From positions 1 through 28,952 of the IMG/VR virus record IMGVR_UViG_3300017754_002785: a stretch of DNA of 28,952 bases; one strand, 5' to 3'. A program made the position numbers and the translations under genes. Every line of letters begins with the position of its first letter. The first letter of the stretch is position 1. The DNA comes from a virus (lineage: Duplodnaviria; Caudoviricetes). The notes beneath the pieces are model-generated. The model made no database searches and had not been told where the DNA came from. It saw nothing but the letters and a program-made list of their open reading frames with translations. Positions 8,589 to 15,233 of the stretch are shown in pieces.

Positions 8589-9112
8589 ACACCCTCCACA
8601 GGTTTCGTCACCACCTCAATGCTGCTCTCCTTCAGCTTGGCCTTAGCCTCCTCAATAGCCTTCATCGCATCCTCCAAGCTAGGGGCACTACTCTTGTGCT
8701 CCACCGTCACCCTGTTCCCCTCCGTCGCCATAAAGAACTTGTCCGCATAGATGCCATAGCTCATCGCCAAATCACGTAAGTTGGTACGAGCCAACATCTT
8801 GTCGTCCTCAGCTAGCATCTTCATCTTCTCCTGCTGGAGCATTCTCGCGCCCTCAATCAGCTCCATTGCATCCTGTGCCACAATCTCCTTCCTCTTGTCT
8901 ATCAAGCCCTTATGCCGGGACCTAAGCCCCACCAGCGTGTACCAATCCACGTTCTCCTCACGCACAATGCTCTTCCAGCTCTTCCCCTCGGCCATCAGCT
9001 CCAACAACCTAGCCGCCCGCTCAGGCTGACGCGCCTCAATGCTACGGCCATTCTCCCCAGCAGCCACTATGGCCCTAGCCACTTCCTTCCTGATGGCAGC
9101 TCGTTCGCTCAT
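8585..9112 (-). CDS. terS: Terminase small subunit (putative)
   Basis: 175 aa located upstream of TerL. It has an HTH-like segment (LLELMAEGKSWKSIVRE) followed by long helices. Confidence 0.65.
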   Translation of the reverse strand: MSERAAIRKEVARAIVAAGENGRSIEARQPERAARLLELMAEGKSWKSIVREENVDWYTLVGLRSRHKGLIDKRKEIVAQDAMELIEGARMLQQEKMKMLAEDDKMLARTNLRDLAMSYGIYADKFFMATEGNRVTVEHKSSAPSLEDAMKAIEEAKAKLKESSIEVVTKPVEGV

Positions 9113-9117
9113 ACCCC

Positions 9118-9147
9118 CATATGGGGACTATTCCCCATACCTGTCAA
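9118..9147 (-). promoter_or_regulatory. Candidate terS promoter containing an operator-like palindrome
   Basis: TTGACA on the minus strand at 9142-9147. The palindrome ATGGGG-N6-CCCCAT (9121-9138) lies downstream of it. The -10 is weak. Confidence 0.4.
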
Positions 9148-9295
9148 TCCGGGACAGGCAGGCCCATAATAGGACTTTTTTAAAAAATCTTCGTTCTTCG
9201 TGTAACTTTCCACCCTTCTGCCCCGTCCCTGAATACCATTCAGTTACAGGAAGCGTTTGTAAAAAAGTTTAAAGGTCGGATTGACCCAATAGTTC

Positions 9296-9346
9296 TGGAA
9301 CCCACGGGCGAAGCCCGACCCCCTCCCCCCCCTGCTGAGTTCGCCG
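9296..9346. repeat. Inverted repeat, left copy (pairs with 13662-13713)
   Basis: TGGAACCCACGGGC-GAA-GCCCGA-C5-T-C8-TGCTGAGTTCGCCG. It is the reverse complement of 13662-13713 except for 2 loop bases, 1 substitution and 1 C in the run. Confidence 0.92.
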
Positions 9347-9560
9347 TTACCCCGGGTGACGCGAGCGAAGTAGGACGAGTTGTACAGGTGATTGGACGAC
9401 GGCTTGGCCGTGTTCTAGATTCGCCCGGGGTCTTTGAGCCGAGGCCCCTTCTGAGGGGCGCGTGCGATCCATCGGCTGGCTTGGCAGCGTTCTGATCCAA
9501 GGGCCTAGGGGCTGGCCCCTAGGCACATAGTTGAAGCCTAAATGCGTGCAACGGCACAAC

Positions 9561-9591
9561 AAAAAAGCCCTAGGGGGTGAGCCTAGGGCTT
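9561..9591 (-). terminator. Rho-independent terminator of the accessory cassette
   Basis: The minus strand reads AAGCCCTAGG-loop-CCTAGGGCTT-TTTT, about 30 nt after the last cassette gene. Confidence 0.75.
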
Positions 9592-9622
9592 GCGTGTGCG
9601 AGGGATGCGTTAGGGTGTCAAC

Positions 9623-9781
9623 CTATCTCCCGGGGTCCTCGTACCCCTTTTTGGGCTTGGGTCTGGTGGGCTTATCAGGCCCGCCGTAGAGGATGAGATA
9701 GAGCAGAACGCTACAGATGGCTAGCAGGGCTGCGAGAGCGCCGAGGGCGAAGTCGGCAAATCCGCCAAGCATATGCTTCAT
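9623..9781 (-). CDS. Small single-pass membrane protein
   Basis: 52 aa (MKHMLGGFADFALGALAALLAICSVLLYLILYGGPDKPTRPKPKK...). It has an ATGA overlap with the amidotransferase stop. Confidence 0.6.
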   Translation of the reverse strand: MKHMLGGFADFALGALAALLAICSVLLYLILYGGPDKPTRPKPKKGYEDPGR

Positions 9782-10590
9782 GATCCGAAGAGGTCCTGAT
9801 AGGACGCGGCGTTGTGGTGGGAGGGGGAGGAGTTGGCGTGCTCGATGGAGCCGTAGTATTCCTTGGCGGAGCGCCAGTTGGTGGACTTGGGCGCAATGTA
9901 TACCTTCTCCTTCTTGACGAAGGAGGAGATGGACAAGGGCCGGTGGGGCTTGCGGGTGGACCATTCAAGGGCGGTGAAGTCCTTGACGGGTGAGCAGTCG
10001 AGTGGCGTGGCGCAAGCTACGGCTTCCCTAGTGGTGCCGAAGGCGTAGCCGTAGCCCGGGATGCGGGCGGAGACTAGGCTGGCTTGGTCGTCCTTGACGA
10101 TGGTGAGGCGCTTGGCCTTGGCATCGAGGAGGGCGAAGGCGAAGTAGCCTTCGATGGAGGCAAGGCCTGCCGTGCCCTTGTCCTGCATGGCGCGGAGGAG
10201 AAGTTCCGAGTCGCAGGTGGTGGACGAGTTCTTGTAGTGGTCAGACTCGACGATGCCGTTGTGGACGAGAGCTTGCTCTACGTCCAGCATTGGATGCGTG
10301 TTGTCGAGGGACTTGCCACAAGTGGCCTTTCGCCCGTGAATGATGAGGGCGGAGCCATCGGAGGGCTCGTTGTAGCCCACTTGGTCGTGCCAGCCTTCCG
10401 ACCAGTCGGTGAGGCGATTGGTGAGGAGTGGGTTGGATGAGCGGATATGGGCGAGCTTGCCGGAGCGTGAAATCCACGCTGCGCCGAAGCCATCGCGTTC
10501 GCCAGTGCGCTCGAAATAGCGCCAAGCGTGGCGGATGATGGAGTTACGCTGGGAGGGCTTGTGGCCCGTGAGGAAGAGAAGCTTACACAT
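9778..10590 (-). CDS. Class II (Ntn) glutamine amidotransferase
   Basis: The start at 10590 gives MCKLL with the Cys2 nucleophile. Motifs RDGFG, HGRKAT, NTHP, HNG and CDSE are present. Confidence 0.9.
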   Translation of the reverse strand: MCKLLFLTGHKPSQRNSIIRHAWRYFERTGERDGFGAAWISRSGKLAHIRSSNPLLTNRLTDWSEGWHDQVGYNEPSDGSALIIHGRKATCGKSLDNTHPMLDVEQALVHNGIVESDHYKNSSTTCDSELLLRAMQDKGTAGLASIEGYFAFALLDAKAKRLTIVKDDQASLVSARIPGYGYAFGTTREAVACATPLDCSPVKDFTALEWSTRKPHRPLSISSFVKKEKVYIAPKSTNWRSAKEYYGSIEHANSSPSHHNAASYQDLFGS

Positions 10591-10606
10591 TGTAGTGATA
10601 GTAGGA

Positions 10607-11746
10607 TTATTCGCTGTCGGTGGTCGTGTCGGTAGCAGCAGTGGTGTATTGCGCTGGATTGAGTTCTCGATGGCGGGCTCGCCAGAATGCGAGGTCGTGC
10701 GCGGGCAGCGGAAGCTGCTCAAGGGTGGCGATACACGAGCCAGCCTTGGGGCCGCGAGACACAGCACGGATTAGTTCGACGAGTCGGAGCCAGCTAAGCA
10801 CCTTGGTGTAGTCTAGGGTGGCAGAGCCGCATCGAACTTCGATGGTCTTATGCGCAGTCCACGACAGCACGTTAACGGCGCGGTAGCGGTCGTGAGGGGA
10901 AACGCCCCACTTGCAGTAGGTGTTGTCTCGACGCGAGGCTGGCAGCAGTTCCATTAGGGCGTGTAGCCACTTGTCCATCACCTTTGCGCGGGCAATGACC
11001 TCTGAGTATGACAGGCTTCGTGCGTCGAGGTGTACGTGCAGCCCGCACGACTTGTTGACGCGCAGGCCAAGCGTTGCGAAGCGCTTGCACAGGTTGAACA
11101 GACGGGGTTCCGCAACTGCTCGGTCGAGCAGGACGCGAATCTCGTGGCCCTGTGCGTCGCCGGGAGGGCGAATTGATCCGTCACTTGCAACCCGTGTCCA
11201 TATCGGAAGTGCTTGGATCAGTTGCTTGCGCTCGATTAACCCGTAAGATTCGAACTCTAAGCCTACTGCGTGTTGGTAGTTGTACAGATCGCAGCTTGTA
11301 TTGCGGGACCATAGCGACGAGAACTGCTTGCCCGGGGCAAGCGGGATGCTCGACAGCAATTCGTACACGCGCTCTGTGAATGGCTTGCGCAGGGGGTCCG
11401 GTACGCTGTCATTGAAGCGGCGGACCCGATAGTTGCGTATGCTACTGCAATTGTTGGGTGCCATACAAAGTGTCTTTGGATTGGTGACCCTGCCGCGCAG
11501 TCGCCGGAATCGCTTGGGCGTGTTTTTGCGGAATAGGCAATCTGGCACGAAAACCATTTGCTGGTTCGCCTCTCGCAATGCAACGGGATACGAACTTGTG
11601 TCCATTAGGTCTGCAATGTAGTTGGCGGCGCATATGCCGGTGTGCTCGTCGGCTGGAAGGCCCGAGGTAGTGGACCAAACAAGTCCAGAGTGCTGGATAA
11701 CGTTGTCGAGGTGGTGACGGATGGAATACCAAGTGATGGTTTTCAT
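10607..11746 (-). CDS. Putative amidoligase (COOH-NH2 ligase, Amidoligase_2-like)
   Basis: Motifs VGLEFE, SDGSI, GHEI, VNKSCGLHVH, RYRAVN and TIEVR are present. It is adjacent to a class II GATase. Confidence 0.88.
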   Translation of the reverse strand: MKTITWYSIRHHLDNVIQHSGLVWSTTSGLPADEHTGICAANYIADLMDTSSYPVALREANQQMVFVPDCLFRKNTPKRFRRLRGRVTNPKTLCMAPNNCSSIRNYRVRRFNDSVPDPLRKPFTERVYELLSSIPLAPGKQFSSLWSRNTSCDLYNYQHAVGLEFESYGLIERKQLIQALPIWTRVASDGSIRPPGDAQGHEIRVLLDRAVAEPRLFNLCKRFATLGLRVNKSCGLHVHLDARSLSYSEVIARAKVMDKWLHALMELLPASRRDNTYCKWGVSPHDRYRAVNVLSWTAHKTIEVRCGSATLDYTKVLSWLRLVELIRAVSRGPKAGSCIATLEQLPLPAHDLAFWRARHRELNPAQYTTAATDTTTDSE

Positions 11747-11764
11747 AGGTAGGGTGATAGTAGG

Positions 11765-12025
11765 TTAGGCGCCGATGCAGTCGTTGTCGTTGGGATTGGC
11801 GAGGCAGATGGCGTCCCAAGTGCTCTCTTTCTTCTTCAAGTGGGCGCGCATCAAGTCGCACAGCTTGGTGTAGGTCGCGTAGGCGCCAGCCTCGTCGATG
11901 GTTTCGATGGCGTTGGAGCCGAGCCCGTAGGCGAGGCGGAACAGCGCCCGCTGGGCGTTGTCGTATTCCTTGTAGGCGTTGTAGTTGGCGCGCTCGGTGG
12001 CGCTCAGCTTGTACTTAGCTTTCAT
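11765..12025 (-). CDS. Hypothetical protein
   Basis: 86 aa starting MKAKYKLSATER. It has an A/C-rich leader and codon usage consistent with its neighbours. Confidence 0.65.
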   Translation of the reverse strand: MKAKYKLSATERANYNAYKEYDNAQRALFRLAYGLGSNAIETIDEAGAYATYTKLCDLMRAHLKKKESTWDAICLANPNDNDCIGA

Positions 12026-12053
12026 TGTCGTGTGTCGCGTAGTCACGCGCCAG

Positions 12054-12332
12054 TCAGGCGCGGCCCAGAGCCGGGCGAGCAACCCCCGAAGAGGGGGAAA
12101 AGAAGAAGGTGTAGGTGCACACATCGGCAATCTGCCGGTTGTGCTGCGAACGGGCGAGGAACTGCTCGCTTACGTCGATGAGCTCGGAGGCGTCGTGGCC
12201 CCATTTGGCGAGGAAGTCGTCGCACTCTCGGCACTCGTGGTCGGACAGGTCGCCCTGCTCGCCATAGGCGATGTAGCACGCCCAGTAGGCGGGTAGTTCG
12301 TACTTGCGGGTGTTACGCAATGTGAGCTTCAT
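12054..12332 (-). CDS. Hypothetical early protein (DUF6926-like)
   Basis: The pattern YELPAYWACYIAYGEQGDLSDHE..DDFL is recalled from small phage early proteins. The family name is from memory and unverified. Confidence 0.6.
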   Translation of the reverse strand: MKLTLRNTRKYELPAYWACYIAYGEQGDLSDHECRECDDFLAKWGHDASELIDVSEQFLARSQHNRQIADVCTYTFFFSPSSGVARPALGRA

Positions 12333-12390
12333 ATGTGGAAGAGTCGTATGGGGGCGATACCCCATTAGGAGGTGATAGTAAGTACGAGGG

Positions 12391-12819
12391 TTAGTTCTTG
12401 CGGAAACCATACGAGAGGAGGGTCTTGTAGAACTTCCGAGCGCTTTCGATGGACAGCTCGACCTCAACGTCCTCGGAGTTGAAACGAACGGTGGTGACGG
12501 TGGCCGTGTCTTCGCGATGATTGATCGCGAAGATGTGGCGGACGTAACCCTTTCCGCGAATGTATTGCCCTAGCGTGTGCGTTTCCTCAAAGGCCTCGTC
12601 GTCGTAATCGCTCCGCGACCGCGTATCGCGCCGGTCGTTGGAAGCCGACTTATCCATGATGCTCGACGCGCTGTGCCTATCGGCCTCGTCGTTCTTGCGG
12701 TCACGAATGTTGTTACGCGAACGAATAGAATCAAAATCCATACTTACGTCGGGCGCCTCGGAATCGGGCGCCGTGGTGTTTGTGGTAGCTGTGGAGGACT
12801 GGGTGAGCTTGTGGGTCAT
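12391..12819 (-). CDS. Hypothetical protein, first gene of the accessory cassette
   Basis: 142 aa with a low-complexity, charged N-half and a globular C-half. It starts 7 nt from the long hairpin. Confidence 0.7.
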   Translation of the reverse strand: MTHKLTQSSTATTNTTAPDSEAPDVSMDFDSIRSRNNIRDRKNDEADRHSASSIMDKSASNDRRDTRSRSDYDDEAFEETHTLGQYIRGKGYVRHIFAINHREDTATVTTVRFNSEDVEVELSIESARKFYKTLLSYGFRKN

Positions 12820-12826
12820 ACGAGCC

Positions 12827-12932
12827 CCCGGAACACACAGACGGGGCCCTAAAGCAATTCGTAGTTTTACGTGGCGCGCTTGCGCGCTACGTAATAACTA
12901 TGAGTTGCTTTGGGGTGGATGTGTGTTTCGGG
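12827..12932 (+). other. Long strand-specific imperfect hairpin (about 46 bp)
   Basis: Three stacked stems of 13, 21 and about 12 bp with six G-T wobbles and no A-C mismatches on the + strand. It has one T bulge and one internal loop. Confidence 0.85.
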
Positions 12933-13315
12933 TATGCAGGGGCCGGATGACCCACAAGCGATCCGCGTCCCCTCAGATACCACTTACCACGGTGCCCGAT
13001 TCCTGCCCGACCTGCTAGCCCCTGCTCGGCTACGAGCGAAGCTCCAGCCGAGATATTGAATTGACAGACCCCTTGAGGGGGCTGTCTTTACGGGGTGACC
13101 CTAAAGACTGCGGAGGGCGGTTGGGGCGAGGGGCCCCAATCCGGTCCCGGAGCCGTACTGGAGTTGCGCGTGAGCCGCAGCGAACGGCAGCAGGGGGGCG
13201 TCGCGGGGGGCTGCAAGCCCCCTGCGTCTCCGCCCATTTTCTGCGGCCCGCGTGAGCGGGACGCTTGCACACCGTCGCGGAGCCCCAAAGAATGCGGGAT
13301 GTGATAGTATTAGGG

Positions 13316-13597
13316 ATGCGTAACAAGCTTGCTGGCAAGTATACGGGGAAGAGCGAGAGCAGTCGTTACTATGCTACGAACCCGGAGGCGAGGCGTAGGA
13401 AGAACGCCTACAATAAGCGATATCACGCGACGGAGGAGAGGAAGGAATACCGGGCGGAATTGAACGCTGCGAACCGCAGGATGGGCAGCGAGGGCGACGG
13501 GAAGGACGCTAGTCACACGAGGAGCGGGCGTATTGTCCTGGAGCGGGCGACCAGTAACCGGGCAAGGAACGGCAATGGTGGACGACGGCTGTTGTAG
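13316..13597 (+). CDS. Small basic phage protein, possibly degenerate HNH-like
   Basis: 93 aa, Arg/Lys-rich, containing GDGKDASHTRSGRIVLERATSNRARNG. An extended -10 (TGaTAGTAT) ends 5 nt before the ATG, which suggests a leaderless mRNA. Confidence 0.7.
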   Translation: MRNKLAGKYTGKSESSRYYATNPEARRRKNAYNKRYHATEERKEYRAELNAANRRMGSEGDGKDASHTRSGRIVLERATSNRARNGNGGRRLL

Positions 13598-13661
13598 GCG
13601 ACGGTCGGGAACGGGGCCGCAGCGCGGCCCGGTTCGGGGGTTTGGGCGGGGTAGGACGGGG

Positions 13662-13713
13662 CGGCGAACTCGGCAGGGGGGGGGAGGGGGTCGGGCTGAG
13701 CCCGTGGGTTCCA
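13662..13713. repeat. Inverted repeat, right copy (pairs with 9296-9346)
   Basis: CGGCGAACTCGGCA-G9-A-G5-TCGGGC-TGA-GCCCGTGGGTTCCA. Confidence 0.92.
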
Positions 13714-13804
13714 CAATAAACGGTCACAACCCTATGATAGTGAATATCATAATTTCGGTCTGTGCTTTCCGCGCAGAAAAACACCCCGGCGGGATCAACT
13801 TTGC

Positions 13805-13832
13805 TTGACAGACGAAGGTTGCGTGTTACGGT
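13805..13832 (+). promoter_or_regulatory. Sigma70-type promoter of the replication module
   Basis: TTGACA at 13805-13810, a 16-nt spacer and an extended -10 TG-t-TACGGT at 13824-13832. Confidence 0.6.
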
Positions 13833-13887
13833 GAGTATCGCCAGTCGTTCTATGTGTTAATCGTATGGGAGTGTCGCCCTGTACGGT

Positions 13888-13928
13888 GGAACCCACCTCA
13901 CGCTTAGCGGGGGTGGGTTTTCCGTTTC
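13888..13928 (+). terminator. Terminator/attenuator-like hairpin
   Basis: GAACCCACCTC..GGGGTGGGTTT stem followed by TCCGTTTC, about 55 nt downstream of the promoter. Confidence 0.5.
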
Positions 13929-13931
13929 TTA

Positions 13932-14268
13932 GGTTAGAAGGGTAGATGGTCTGGCTCCGACCTGTGCAAGGCGGTTCTTGGGCCTACTGGCGGGGAGCCT
14001 GACGAATTTACCAACTCCCCTTAATGTTGGCTCCTTTGGGAGTGAACGTGCCGAGAACCACGGGCAATGGCCTACCAGCGTGGCGGCAGCACCCGGAAAC
14101 CTCGTCTCTCGGCAGACAGCGTTCTAGTGGTTCATCCAGCAATGGGTGAACTCTGCCCCCGTGTTCCTGCATCAGCACCAGCGTCCTATAGGGAGCTAAA
14201 GTGTGATGTAAGTCGATGAATGGGAGAGCGAAACAAATCTCCTAAAGAAAAAGCTCGTAGACCCTAAC
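13932..14268 (+). ncRNA. Candidate large structured non-coding element (RNA or ssDNA origin)
   Basis: The interval contains no ORF of 60 aa or more. It has at least 7 stems, several with G-U pairs on the + strand, and a GCAA tetraloop at 14139-14142. Confidence 0.55.
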
Positions 14269-14290
14269 AAAAAGTGATTGGGTGGTGGGG

Positions 14291-14563
14291 ATGAAAGACA
14301 ACACATTGAACCTCACCTGTGAAGATCAACTTCAGCTTGCTGTGAAGTTTATGGCGTGTGAATACGCCATTGACGGGATGCTGCGGCATTTCCCGGCTCC
14401 TGAGTGCAAGGAGCAGGAGCACGCTGTGAATTGGGCCAAGGACACGCTTGGCTGGCTGAAGGAGTGCCGTGAGGCGGCTGGGCTGCCTTACGACTACAAG
14501 GACATCACCGAATTTTCCCTCCCGTTCTTGGGGGGCAATGACCAAACCAACAACCAAAACTAA
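14291..14563 (+). CDS. Hypothetical protein
   Basis: 90 aa. It is the first ORF of the + strand module and ends 4 nt before the SSB-like gene. Confidence 0.65.
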   Translation: MKDNTLNLTCEDQLQLAVKFMACEYAIDGMLRHFPAPECKEQEHAVNWAKDTLGWLKECREAAGLPYDYKDITEFSLPFLGGNDQTNNQN

Positions 14564-14567
14564 CCAT

Positions 14568-15191
14568 ATGCCAATCGTAAAAGCTGAGAGTAAGGGTATT
14601 GATCCGGTGCCTGCTGGTGTCCATCAGGCCGTTTGCTATGCCGTCATTGATCTGGGGACGCAGGACCCGGGCAACCCGCAATTCCGGCCCAGCCGGAAGG
14701 TGATGCTGATGTGGGAGCTGCCCCACGAAACCATCAGCACGCCGGATGGGGTGAAGCCGCGCATCATCTCGTCTGAGTACACGATGTCCATCGGCAAGAA
14801 GGCTACGCTGCGTGGCGTGCTGGAGAGCTGGCGTGGGCGTCCGTTCACGGCGGATGAGCTGAATGCGTTCGACCTGAAGAACATCCTTGGGGCGAATTGC
14901 CAGCTCAACGTGGTACACAAGCCGGGGAAGGCCGATCCCAGCCGCGTGTATGCCCGCATTCAGGGCGTGGTGCCGCTGGTGAAGGGGATGGCCCCGCTGA
15001 AGCCGGTGAGCGATGTCATCCTGTACGACATCCCTGAGAATGGTCCCATCACGCTGCCCAAGGCGCTGCCTGAGTGGATTGGGGCGAAGATCACGGCCTC
15101 GGATGAGTACAAGCAGCGCACCGGGGGCGGCATCACGGAAGCCACTACGGAGAGTGGTGGAAATGGTGTTGACGAAGACATACCCTTCTGA
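14568..15191 (+). CDS. Phage single-stranded DNA-binding / replication protein (NGO0469-like)
   Basis: Motifs GVHQAVCYAVIDLGTQ, KATLRGVLESWRGRPF and FDLKNILGANCQLNV, plus an acidic SSB-type tail DEDIPF. Confidence 0.75.
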   Translation: MPIVKAESKGIDPVPAGVHQAVCYAVIDLGTQDPGNPQFRPSRKVMLMWELPHETISTPDGVKPRIISSEYTMSIGKKATLRGVLESWRGRPFTADELNAFDLKNILGANCQLNVVHKPGKADPSRVYARIQGVVPLVKGMAPLKPVSDVILYDIPENGPITLPKALPEWIGAKITASDEYKQRTGGGITEATTESGGNGVDEDIPF

Positions 15192-15198
15192 TCCTACT

Positions 15199-15230
15199 GA
15201 GGGGGAGGCGACACCTCCCCCTCTTTTTTT
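15199..15230 (+). terminator. Rho-independent terminator
   Basis: GAGGGGGAGG-cgaca-CCTCCCCCTC-TTTTTTT, directly after the SSB-like gene. Confidence 0.85.
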
Positions 15231-15233
15231 CCT

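Noticed and set aside
12827-12932. Integron attC site or intrinsic terminator
   Set aside because: It lacks RYYYAAC/GTTRRRY ends and there is no integrase. It has no U-tract and the stem is far longer than a terminator.
9296-13713. Insertion sequence or transposon with terminal inverted repeats
   Set aside because: No transposase is encoded inside and no target-site duplication is evident.
13030-13808. Pro/Arg/Gly-rich ORFs (13030..13338, 13310..13714, 13533..13808 and others)
   Set aside because: They are low-complexity translations of hairpins and G/C tracts.
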